Shown one piece after another: positions 17,391 through 25,103 of a stretch of DNA of 25,103 nucleotides. The stretch is from Snowella sp. (GTDB lineage: Bacteria > Cyanobacteriota > Cyanobacteriia > Cyanobacteriales > Microcystaceae), in the NCBI GenBank assembly GCA_035285545.1, contig JAYKGY010000137.1, positions 1 through 25,103 of the forward strand, written 5' to 3'. Every line of letters starts with the position of its first letter. The stretch's first letter is position 1. Both the position numbers and the translations under genes were made by a program. The notes below the pieces were generated by a model. The model ran no database searches. It saw only the letters and a program-made list of their open reading frames with translations, and was not told the origin of the DNA.

Positions 17391-18716
17391 ATGATGAGAA
17401 ACCTTTCTAGACGTAAATTTATTGTAACCGCTGGCATGACCGCGATGGGAACCGCTATCTTGCATGGTTGTGGATCTTCCAATAACGCCCCAACAGAAAC
17501 CAATACCACCTCCACCCCTACTAACGCGAGTCCTGCTGCTGCGGGAGATAAGCCAGAAGTTACCACGGCTAAATTAGGCTTTATTGCCCTGACCGATGCA
17601 GCCCCTTTAATTATTGCCAAGGAAAAAGGGTTTTTTGCCAAATATGGAATGCCAGACGTTGAAGTCCTCAAACAAGCGTCTTGGGGAACCACTCGCGACA
17701 ATTTAGTATTGGGATCTGGTAGTGGCGGTATTGACGGTGCTCATATTCTGACTCCGATGCCTTATCTGATTAGCTTAGGGACAGTGACCAACGGCAAACC
17801 CGTACCTATGTATATTTTGGCCCGCTTGAATGTCAATGGTCAGGGAATCCAACTTAGCAATAACTACAAAGACCTTAAGATTGGCTTAGACACAAAACCC
17901 CTCAAAGAAGCATTTGCTAAAGTAACCGCCCCGAAAGTTGCAATGACGTTTCCTGGAGGAACCCATGATTTGTGGATTCGCTATTGGCTCTCTGCGGGGG
18001 GAATTGATCCTAATAAAGAAGTCTCTACCATTGTCGTACCGCCAGCCCAAATGGTAGCCAACATGAAGGTTAATGCCATGGAATCCTTCTGTGTCGGGGA
18101 ACCTTGGCCCTTACAAACGGTGAATCAAAAAGTCGGTTATCAGGCTCTCACAACCGGACAACTCTGGAAAGATCATCCAGAAAAATGTTTCGGAATGCGG
18201 GCAGATTGGGTCGATAAACATCCCAAAGCAGCCAAGGCGTTACTCATGGCCGTCCTAGAGGCACAACAATGGTGCGATAAGGCAGAAAATAAAGAGGAAA
18301 TGTGCAGAATCGTCTCAAAACGAGAATGGTTTAAAGTTCCCTTTGAAGATATTATTGACCGCTCTAGGGGAATATACGATTTTGGGGATGGCAATAAGGT
18401 TGAAAAACCAGATTTAATGCAAAAATACTGGATGGATAATGCTTCTTACCCTTACAAGAGCCACGATCTTTGGTTTTTAACAGAAGATATTCGTTGGGGC
18501 TATATTCCTGCAAGCACAGACACCAAAAAACTCATTGATACGGTTAACCGTGAAGATCTGTGGAGAGAAGCGGCTCAAGCGATTGGCGTTCCGGCGGATC
18601 AAATTCCCACCAGTACATCACGGGGAATCGAAACCTTCTTTGATGGGACAAAGTTTGATCCTGAAAATCCCCAAGCTTACTTAGATGGCCTAAAAATTAA
18701 AACCATTAAAGCTTAA
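17391..18716 (+). CDS. nrtA: Nitrate/nitrite ABC transporter substrate-binding lipoprotein NrtA
   Basis: SRRKF twin-arginine signal and LHGC lipobox; LGFIALTDAAPL, ASWGTTRDNL, TFPGGTHDLW and HPEK are NrtA-type. Start ATG at 17391 or 17394 rather than TTG 17379. Confidence 0.95.
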   Translation: MMRNLSRRKFIVTAGMTAMGTAILHGCGSSNNAPTETNTTSTPTNASPAAAGDKPEVTTAKLGFIALTDAAPLIIAKEKGFFAKYGMPDVEVLKQASWGTTRDNLVLGSGSGGIDGAHILTPMPYLISLGTVTNGKPVPMYILARLNVNGQGIQLSNNYKDLKIGLDTKPLKEAFAKVTAPKVAMTFPGGTHDLWIRYWLSAGGIDPNKEVSTIVVPPAQMVANMKVNAMESFCVGEPWPLQTVNQKVGYQALTTGQLWKDHPEKCFGMRADWVDKHPKAAKALLMAVLEAQQWCDKAENKEEMCRIVSKREWFKVPFEDIIDRSRGIYDFGDGNKVEKPDLMQKYWMDNASYPYKSHDLWFLTEDIRWGYIPASTDTKKLIDTVNREDLWREAAQAIGVPADQIPTSTSRGIETFFDGTKFDPENPQAYLDGLKIKTIKA

Positions 18717-18736
18717 CGTCTTCACCTCGTAAAACG

Positions 18737-18792
18737 ATTGAGTGAGGGAATCATCATCAATTTATCCTAATGGCTCCCTCTCAATTTTTTTT
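18737..18792 (+). terminator. Stem-loop with U-tract between nrtA and nrtB
   Basis: ATTGAGTGAGGGA ... TCCCTCTCAAT followed by a T8 run, starting 20 bp after the nrtA stop. Confidence 0.55.
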
Positions 18793-18931
18793 AAAATTTG
18801 GCTTCAGTCTGTGTATGACGTTTGGGGGAATTAAGTTTTTGCCCACTTCATCAAAAATCAAACGGCTTAATTTAAAAATTTCCTGATTATTGCGATATTC
18901 CTTTCCGCTTACTGCTTAAACGATTACTCTT

Positions 18932-19762
18932 ATGGCAAATCTCAGTATTTCTCAACGACGAAACAAAAAGAACCCTTGGGCTTTCCTAGTCCGAGCTAAA
19001 AAAATTATTCGTCCCCTTGTTGCGCTCTTGATTTTATTGGCGATTTGGCAACTTTTTTGCTCCGGGCCAAACCCGAATCTTCCGAGTCCCTTAACGGTGC
19101 TGCAAGAAACGTGGGATCCGTTAATTATTAATCCGTTCTTTGATAATGGGGGAACGGACAAAGGATTAGGCTTACAAATTTTAGCCAGTTTAGGACGGGT
19201 TGCCGTTGGATTTTCGTTGTCGGCGATCGTTGGGATTGCGTTAGGAATTTTAATTGGCGGTAGTCGGGTGATGTACGATGCGTTAGATCCGATCTTTCAA
19301 GTCCTAAGAACGATTCCTCCCCTTGCCTGGTTGCCGATCGCGTTAGCCGCCTTTCGAGAAGCAGAACCATCTGCAATTTTCGTTATTTTTATCACAGCAA
19401 TTTGGCCCATCATTATCAATACCACCGTTGGTGTTCAACAAGTTCCGCAGGATTATCGCAACGTCTCACGGGTTTTACAGTTATCTAAAGTTGAATACTT
19501 CTTCAATATTCTTTTTCCGGCAGCAGTGCCCTATATCTTTACAGGATTACGTATTGGTATCGGTTTATCTTGGCTCGCGATCGTTGCGGCTGAAATGTTA
19601 GTCGGGGGTGTGGGGATTGGCTTCTTTATTTGGGATGCCTATAATAGTTCACGAATGAGTGAAATTATCTTGGCATTACTGTATGTCGGTGTGGTGGGCT
19701 TGTTATTAGACCGTTTAGTTGCTTTTATTGCCAGTATAGTTGTTCCTGCTGAACAAAAATAG
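18932..19762 (+). CDS. nrtB: Nitrate ABC transporter permease NrtB
   Basis: PFFDNGGTDKGLG, PPLAWLPI and GLRIGIGLSWLAIVAAEM; several hydrophobic helices; operon position. Confidence 0.95.
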   Translation: MANLSISQRRNKKNPWAFLVRAKKIIRPLVALLILLAIWQLFCSGPNPNLPSPLTVLQETWDPLIINPFFDNGGTDKGLGLQILASLGRVAVGFSLSAIVGIALGILIGGSRVMYDALDPIFQVLRTIPPLAWLPIALAAFREAEPSAIFVIFITAIWPIIINTTVGVQQVPQDYRNVSRVLQLSKVEYFFNILFPAAVPYIFTGLRIGIGLSWLAIVAAEMLVGGVGIGFFIWDAYNSSRMSEIILALLYVGVVGLLLDRLVAFIASIVVPAEQK

Positions 19763-19806
19763 TGAATAGTTAATAATGAATAGTTAATAGTGAATAGTGA
19801 ATAATT
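19758..19806 (+). repeat. Heptamer tandem array (AATARTK)x7, STRR-like
   Basis: aatagtg aatagtt aataatg aatagtt aatagtg aatagtg aataatt; overlaps the nrtB stop codon. Confidence 0.9.
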
Positions 19807-19825
19807 AATCAACTTAAAAAAATTA

Positions 19826-19858
19826 ATTGTTTAGCTCTTCATTGTTTAGCTCTTCATT
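19826..19858 (+). repeat. 15-bp tandem duplication
   Basis: ATTGTTTAGCTCTTC twice, plus ATT. Confidence 0.9.
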
Positions 19859-19904
19859 AAACTCCAAGAATAAATAACAATTCAATTCTCAAATTATTAT
19901 TGGT

Positions 19905-19995
19905 TATCAACTATTAACTATCAACTATTAACTATCAACTATCAACTATTAACTATTAACTATTAACTATTAACTATCAACTATTAACTATTAAT
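19905..19995 (+). repeat. Heptamer tandem array (TATYAAC)x13, STRR-like, inverted relative to the 19758-19806 array
   Basis: 12 perfect TATCAAC/TATTAAC units plus TATTAAT, ending 7 bp before the nrtC ATG. Confidence 0.93.
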
Positions 19996-20002
19996 TCTAA
20001 CC

Positions 20003-22009
20003 ATGCGTTCTTTTATTGAAATTGACCATATCGATCGCGTCTTCCCCTTACCCAATGGGGAACAGTATATTGCGCTCAAAAATATTGATTTAAAGATTAA
20101 AGCTGGAGAATTTATTTCTCTCATTGGGCATTCGGGTTGCGGTAAATCGACCCTACTCAACATGGTTGCGGGATTAGATAAACCGACCGTTGGTGGGGTC
20201 ATTGTGGAAGGGCGCGAAATCCAAGGCCCCGGCCCAGACCGCATGGTGGTGTTCCAAAACTATTCCCTTCTGCCCTGGCTAACGGTTCGTCAAAATATTG
20301 CCCTGGCCGTCAATCGGGTTCTGCGGCATTTGCCCAAAGCGGAACGGGAAAGAATTATCACCGATAATATTAATCTGGTGGGATTAAAACACGCAGCCCA
20401 TAAGCGGCCCTCGGAATTGTCAGGGGGGATGAAACAACGGGTCGCGATCGCGCGGGCATTGTCGATTCGTCCCAAAGTTTTATTGTTGGATGAACCTTTT
20501 GGGGCCTTGGATGCCTTAACCAGAGGTAACTTACAAGAACGTTTGATGGAAATCGTTCAAGAACGTCAGGTGACCTGCATTATGGTAACCCATGATGTCG
20601 ATGAAGCCCTGTTGCTGTCGGATCGGGTTGTTATGTTAACGACCGGCCCAGAAGCCCATATTGGACAGATCCTAGAGGTTCCCATTGCCCGTCCTCGGCA
20701 TCGTCTAGAGGTTGTCAACCATCCCAGCTATTACGCGCTCCGCAATGAAATTGTTTACTTCCTCAACCAACAGAAACGGGTTAAACGAATCGGTCAGGTG
20801 ACCCATGCCCCAGCCGTTGTAACCGGCAATGGCCTAGAAAAAATTAACCTCAATATTGGTTTTATTCCCCTCACGGATTGCGCTCCCCTGATTGTTGCTA
20901 AGGAAAAAGGGTTTTTCCAAGAGTTTGGACTTGAGGAAGTTAACCTAATTCGTGAACCCAGTTGGAAAGCGATCGCCGAAGGCGTTATCAATGATCGGCT
21001 CGATGCGGCCCAAATGGTAGCAGGAATGCCCTTAGCTCTAACCTTGGGAGCCGGCGGCAAGAAGCCCGTTCCGATTATTAATGCCCTCGTAATGAGTCGC
21101 AACGGGAATGCAATCACCCTGAGTCAATCTTTAGCTGAGGCAGGAGTTAAGAGCCTGGCAGATTTAAAAGCCCTCATTCAGGCAACCCCGGACAAGGTTC
21201 ATACCTTTGGGATGGTACATCCTGCTTCGATGCATAATCTCCTATTACGGTATTGGTTGGCCTCTGGCGGCATTGATCCCGATGAAGAGGTGACTTTAAC
21301 GGCCATTCCACCGGCCCAGATGGTCGCCAACTTAAAAGCGGGGAATCTAGATGGTTATTGTGTGGGAGAACCCTGGAACTCTCGCGCTGTCTATGAAGGC
21401 TTGGGTTACGTCATCGCCACTGATTTAGAGATCTGGGCAGGCCATCCTGAAAAAGTCTTGGGCGTGAAGGAAGAATGGGTTGCTCAGCATCCCGAAACCC
21501 ATCTCGCTTTGGTTAAAGCCCTACTGAAAGCCTGTGAGTACTGCGACGATCGCCGCAATCGGGAAGAAATTATCGGACTCCTCTGTCAGCCCCAATACGT
21601 GGGATCATTGGAAGATTACACCCGTCCAGGGTTTATTGATCCCTATAATCGCGGTGATGGTAGCCAATCTGAGGTATTAATGCGATTTAATCAATTTTAT
21701 GTGGATCAAGCCAACTATCCCCGACGGAGTGAGGGGTTATGGACATTGACCCAATTAGCCCGTTGGGGTTACACGCCCTTCCCTAGAAACTGGGTTGAAA
21801 TCCTAGAGCGGGTACGTCGTCCTGACCTCTTTGGTGAAGCTTGTCGCCAGTTGGGTTGGCCCGATATTGAAAGCGATCGCCAAAATATCACCCTTTTTGA
21901 TGGCATGGTCTTTACCCCCGACGATCCCATTGGCTATATTCAACGCTTTACCATTCATCGGGAACTGCAAGTTTCTGAAATTCTGCTCGATAGCCTTTCC
22001 CGTTTCTAA
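20003..22009 (+). CDS. nrtC: Nitrate ABC transporter ATP-binding subunit NrtC with C-terminal NrtA-like regulatory domain
   Basis: Walker A GHSGCGKS, LSGGMKQR, DEPFGALD; C-terminal GFIPLTDCAPL...CVGEPWN...HPEK binding-protein-like domain. Confidence 0.95.
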   Translation: MRSFIEIDHIDRVFPLPNGEQYIALKNIDLKIKAGEFISLIGHSGCGKSTLLNMVAGLDKPTVGGVIVEGREIQGPGPDRMVVFQNYSLLPWLTVRQNIALAVNRVLRHLPKAERERIITDNINLVGLKHAAHKRPSELSGGMKQRVAIARALSIRPKVLLLDEPFGALDALTRGNLQERLMEIVQERQVTCIMVTHDVDEALLLSDRVVMLTTGPEAHIGQILEVPIARPRHRLEVVNHPSYYALRNEIVYFLNQQKRVKRIGQVTHAPAVVTGNGLEKINLNIGFIPLTDCAPLIVAKEKGFFQEFGLEEVNLIREPSWKAIAEGVINDRLDAAQMVAGMPLALTLGAGGKKPVPIINALVMSRNGNAITLSQSLAEAGVKSLADLKALIQATPDKVHTFGMVHPASMHNLLLRYWLASGGIDPDEEVTLTAIPPAQMVANLKAGNLDGYCVGEPWNSRAVYEGLGYVIATDLEIWAGHPEKVLGVKEEWVAQHPETHLALVKALLKACEYCDDRRNREEIIGLLCQPQYVGSLEDYTRPGFIDPYNRGDGSQSEVLMRFNQFYVDQANYPRRSEGLWTLTQLARWGYTPFPRNWVEILERVRRPDLFGEACRQLGWPDIESDRQNITLFDGMVFTPDDPIGYIQRFTIHRELQVSEILLDSLSRF

Positions 22010-22044
22010 GTTTTGACGATTTATTCAACTCTTCTGAAGTAATC

Positions 22045-23106
22045 ATGATCCTTCCATCCACTAGTCAAACGACCTCTCTCCCGCCTGATTCATCTTCTAC
22101 GGTTCTCAATGGTATGACTTCTTCTGATTCCCTTTCTTCCTCCGCGAGCACAAATTTTCTCTTAATTGAAAACGTTTCCAAGGTTTATAACACGCCAAAA
22201 GGCCCCTATCCGGTACTAGAGGGGGTGAATTTAAACGTATCGGAAGGGGAGTTTATCTGTGTGATTGGTCACTCTGGTTGTGGAAAATCGACGCTCTTGA
22301 ATATGGTATCTGGTTTTAATCAACCGACGGAGGGAACGGTTAAACTCAATGCCGAAGAGATTCAGGGGCCAGGGCCAGACCGCATGATGGTTTTCCAGAA
22401 TTATTGTTTATTGCCTTGGAAAAGTGCCTACGATAACGTCCTGTTAGCGGTTAACTCGGTTTATCCCAATAAAACGCCCGACGAAAAAGCCGGTTTAGTC
22501 AAACACTATTTGGAAATGGTGGGTTTAACGGAAGCCGCTCAGAAAAAGCCCCATCAGTTATCCGGCGGGATGAAACAACGGGTCGCGATCGCGCGGGCAT
22601 TGGCCATTTCTCCCAAGGTCTTGATTCTAGATGAACCCTTTGGGGCACTTGATGCCATTACGAAAGAGGAATTGCAGGAAGAATTGCTGAAAATTTGGCG
22701 GGAAACCAAGCTCACCGTCTTAATGATTACCCATGATATTGACGAAGCCCTCTTTTTAGCGGATCGGTTAGTGATGATGACCAACGGCCCCAGTGCCAAA
22801 ATTGGCGAAATCTTAGACATTCCTTTTGCTCGTCCCCGCAACCGTGCCCAGATTATGGAAGATCCGAAATACTATGAATTGCGGAATTATGCCCTCGATT
22901 TTCTCTTCCACCGCTTTGCCCATGATGAAGACGATGAAGTCACAGAAGAAGAGCCAGCCAACACCAATTTAGGCATTAAAATTGGCGGCATTGTTGCAGG
23001 TGTAGCGGCATTAGCCTTAGTCGGTTTTGGTTTCTTCAATACCTTTGTTCCTAAAGGTACGACCACTTCCCAGCCTGCCACCATTGAAGCCCCTGCTCAG
23101 CCTTAG
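22045..23106 (+). CDS. nrtD: Nitrate ABC transporter ATP-binding subunit NrtD with Ser-rich N-terminus and hydrophobic C-terminal extension
   Basis: GHSGCGKS, LSGGMKQR, DEPFGALD, YYELRNYALDFLFHRFAH; alternative start ATG at 22114. Confidence 0.93.
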   Translation: MILPSTSQTTSLPPDSSSTVLNGMTSSDSLSSSASTNFLLIENVSKVYNTPKGPYPVLEGVNLNVSEGEFICVIGHSGCGKSTLLNMVSGFNQPTEGTVKLNAEEIQGPGPDRMMVFQNYCLLPWKSAYDNVLLAVNSVYPNKTPDEKAGLVKHYLEMVGLTEAAQKKPHQLSGGMKQRVAIARALAISPKVLILDEPFGALDAITKEELQEELLKIWRETKLTVLMITHDIDEALFLADRLVMMTNGPSAKIGEILDIPFARPRNRAQIMEDPKYYELRNYALDFLFHRFAHDEDDEVTEEEPANTNLGIKIGGIVAGVAALALVGFGFFNTFVPKGTTTSQPATIEAPAQP

Positions 23107-23302
23107 TGGTTGCCCATACTCAATTCAAAATGACATCGTTAGCCAAGTCGGACAATGCGAAAATAGGGTTCGGTTCTAACCACTCATCGATATATTAAAA
23201 TCCTGTTACAGTAAAACAATAAAGATCATTCATCCCTTGAAGAGAATTTTTCTTTAAGTGGGTAAATTAATAACAGAAGCATCATTGACAGGAGGCACAA
23301 TC

Positions 23303-23644
23303 GTGAGTCCCGAATTCAATCGTCAACAAAATTTATTTGGCAGCGAAGCTGAAGTCGGAGAAGGTCTTTGGAATTATGTCCAAACCTTGTCTCCCGAAGT
23401 GATCGCTCAACTTTCTAAGCCGGAGTCCCAGGAAGTCTTTCAGGTGATGGAACGCAATATTATCGGTTTATTGGGAAATCTTCCTTCTGAACATTTTGGC
23501 ATTACGGTTAGTACCAGTCGGGAACATTTAGGACGGTTACTGGCTTCTGCAATGATGAGCGGTTATTTCCTCCGTAATGCTGAACAACGTCTCAGTTTTG
23601 AGCAGTCTTTTCATTCGCTACAAAGTGCTAGTGACCCTGAATAA
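23303..23644 (+). CDS. DUF760-family conserved cyanobacterial protein
   Basis: LWNYVQTLSPE...MERNIIGLLGNLPSEHF.ITVSTSREHLGRLLASAMMSGYFLRNAEQR. GTG at 23303 follows AGGAGG (23290-23295), a better start than 23258. Confidence 0.85.
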   Translation: MSPEFNRQQNLFGSEAEVGEGLWNYVQTLSPEVIAQLSKPESQEVFQVMERNIIGLLGNLPSEHFGITVSTSREHLGRLLASAMMSGYFLRNAEQRLSFEQSFHSLQSASDPE

Positions 23645-24734
23645 TTCTGCTGATTTACCCGTTCAAAAATTACGGCGATCGCTGCTCTACTGGTATCGTG
23701 AAAAGGGACGGACGTTACCCTGGCGACAAACCGCTGATCCCTACGCCATCTGGGTTTCTGAAATCATGTTGCAACAAACCCAGGTCAAAACCGTCATTCC
23801 CTACTACCATCGCTGGCTAAACCAATTCCCCACGATTAATACCTTAGCCCAAACCGATCAACAAACGGTGCTTAAAGCCTGGGAAGGGTTAGGCTATTAT
23901 GCCAGGGGTCGCAACTTACATAAAGCGGCCCAAATCATTGTTCAATTTCATAACGGCCAATTTCCGACCCAGTTAGCGGATGTTTTAGCCCTCCCTGGCA
24001 TTGGACGAACGACCGCAGGCGGCATTTTAAGCGCAGCGTTTAACCAACCGATCGCTATCCTAGACGGCAATGTGAAACGGGTCTTAGCTCGATTGATGAC
24101 GCTACCTGTCCCACCAACAGAAGCCCTAGCGGAACTTTGGGAATTATCCGAACAGTTAGTTGATCCCGATCAGCCGAAAGATTTTAATCAGGCGTTGATG
24201 GATTTGGGCGCAACGATTTGTACCCGTAGCCAGCCGAAATGCGGCCAATGTCCCTGGAATTTTGCCTGCCAAGCTTACAATAAGGGAGTACAAACTGAAT
24301 TTCCAAAACGCAAGATGTCTGCTCCCCTTCCCCATAAACGCATTGGTGTGGCTGTTATTTCCAACGATGAAGGATTAATTTTGATTGACCGTCGCCCCGA
24401 AGAAGGGTTATTAGGGGGATTGTGGGAATTTCCAGGGGGAAAGATTGAACCGAATGAAACCGTTGAAGAATGTATTGAGCGAGAAATTTTAGAAGAAATT
24501 GGCATTAAAATTGCGGTTGGCGAGAATTTAATGACGATTGATCATGCCTATACCCATTTTCGAGTAACGTTAAATGTTCATCTGTGTGAGTACGTGAGTG
24601 GAACGCCGCAAGCGATTGAATGTCAAGAAGTCCGTTGGGTAACGTTGGATGAAATTGATCAGTTTCCATTCCCCAAAGCGAACAGTCAAATTATTGCCGC
24701 ATTAAAAGAACGGGCTGTTTCAAGCTCTCTGTAA
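23631..24734 (+). CDS. mutY: A/G-specific adenine DNA glycosylase MutY with C-terminal Nudix domain
   Basis: RTLPWR, WVSEIMLQQTQV, WEGLGYYAR, HhH LPGIGRTTA, DGNVKRV, Fe-S motif C-X6-C-X2-C-X5-C. Start inferred at GTG 23631, overlapping the upstream stop. Confidence 0.94.
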   Translation: MTLNNSADLPVQKLRRSLLYWYREKGRTLPWRQTADPYAIWVSEIMLQQTQVKTVIPYYHRWLNQFPTINTLAQTDQQTVLKAWEGLGYYARGRNLHKAAQIIVQFHNGQFPTQLADVLALPGIGRTTAGGILSAAFNQPIAILDGNVKRVLARLMTLPVPPTEALAELWELSEQLVDPDQPKDFNQALMDLGATICTRSQPKCGQCPWNFACQAYNKGVQTEFPKRKMSAPLPHKRIGVAVISNDEGLILIDRRPEEGLLGGLWEFPGGKIEPNETVEECIEREILEEIGIKIAVGENLMTIDHAYTHFRVTLNVHLCEYVSGTPQAIECQEVRWVTLDEIDQFPFPKANSQIIAALKERAVSSSL

Positions 24735-24802
24735 GTAAATGATTAGGCGATCGCTGATTAATTTAAGTCTCCCAAAAAGTAATAAAAATAGGGAATAAAA
24801 GT

Positions 24803-24976
24803 ATGGTAGTAACTGCACCCCATCCTAAAAAATTTACAACCGAAGAATATTACAAAATGGCCGAGTCGGGGATCTTGAAAGACGGCGATCGCGTAGAGTT
24901 AATTAAGGGAGAAATTATCGAAATGTCACCCGTTGGCTTCAGACACGCTGCTTGTGTTAATAAACTTAATCAAATA
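24803..24976 (+). pseudogene. Uma2/DUF820-family endonuclease-like gene, 5' fragment interrupted by an insertion sequence
   Basis: KFTTEEYYKMAESGIL..DRVELIKGEIIEMSPVG.RHA is a Uma2 N-terminus. The family is normally about 190 aa; similarity stops at residue 58, where the IS end begins. Confidence 0.8.
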
Positions 24977-25103
24977 GTAACCGTTCAGAGGGTCTAAATC
25001 TGATAATCTAAAACTCATGGAAGAAAAACAGCTAGTAGAGAAAGCAGAAATTGACGAAAAGGATTGGGAAAAAACGCCAGTGAGCGTCAAAAATCTGGTG
25101 TTG
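24977..25103 (+). mobile_element. Left end of a probable IS66-family insertion sequence (continues beyond the window)
   Basis: Begins GTAACCGTTCAG, an IS66-type GTAA terminus, exactly where the Uma2 sequence breaks; a transposase-like ORF starts 40 bp inside. Confidence 0.72.
25017..25103 (+). CDS. Probable IS66-family transposase, 3'-partial
   Basis: MEEKQLVEKAEIDEKDWEKTPVSVKNLVL; the DWEKTP.SV motif resembles the N-terminus of cyanobacterial single-ORF IS66 transposases. Not in the ORF track because it runs off the window. Confidence 0.68.
   Translation, partial: MEEKQLVEKAEIDEKDWEKTPVSVKNLVL

Larger units (their letters stand above)
238..24892. repeat. Dispersed HIP1 octamers GCGATCGC
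   Basis: About 30 copies counted by eye (e.g. 238, 853, 9059, 13492, 20444, 22585, 24885); fewer than one would be expected by chance. Confidence 0.93.

Noticed and set aside
19758..19995. Possible CRISPR array in the nrtB-nrtC spacer
   Set aside because: Contiguous 7-bp units with no unique spacers and no cas genes; these are STRR-type tandem repeats.
19984..20244. 86-aa minus-strand ORF running into the heptamer array
   Set aside because: Antisense shadow of nrtC.
17090..20443. HIP1-free stretch over nrtA-nrtB as a sign of horizontal acquisition
   Set aside because: Several one-mismatch sites are present and a gap of this size is weak evidence at this density; the genes look typically cyanobacterial.
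17391..23106. Bicarbonate transporter cmpABCD
   Set aside because: Binding-protein motifs (GFIALTDAAP, TFPGGTHD, HPEK) and the NtcA/NtcB-type promoter fit nrtABCD.
23577..23630. MutY N-terminal extension from the ORF-track start
   Set aside because: Overlaps the conserved C-terminus of the DUF760 gene; GTG 23631 is more plausible.
435..24505. Numerous 60-120 aa ORFs nested in or antisense to the main genes (e.g. 435-695, 2084-2368, 10212-10529, 14111-14470, 16301-16633, 17363-17701, 20794-21117, 22554-22841)
   Set aside because: Shadow ORFs of well-supported genes with no recognisable motifs; similar antisense peptides recur only because the sense genes are paralogous.

Overview
Cyanobacterial chromosomal segment (about 30 HIP1 GCGATCGC octamers counted by eye; NrtA resembles the Synechocystis type). 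Left to right: the 3' part of a WD40-repeat gene (+); a minus-strand signalling cluster made of a hypothetical gene, an RcaC-like REC-wHTH-HPt-REC-REC regulator fused to an intact GGEEF diguanylate cyclase, a 1609-aa REC-GAF-GAF-6xPAS histidine kinase whose first GAF carries dual-cysteine (DXCF) cyanobacteriochrome motifs, a single-domain response regulator and a paralogous 5xPAS kinase; hflX (apparently starting at a non-AUG codon), a PP2C-like phosphatase and proB; nrtABCD with an NtcA/NtcB-type promoter and two mutually inverted heptamer arrays between nrtB and nrtC; DUF760-like gene and mutY (C-terminal domain with an intact Nudix box); and a Uma2 gene cut by the left end of a probable IS66-family element. 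The best candidate for an undescribed system is a light-sensing, two-kinase phosphorelay that would control both transcription and c-di-GMP synthesis through one protein. All calls come from reading motifs by eye; no database search was run.
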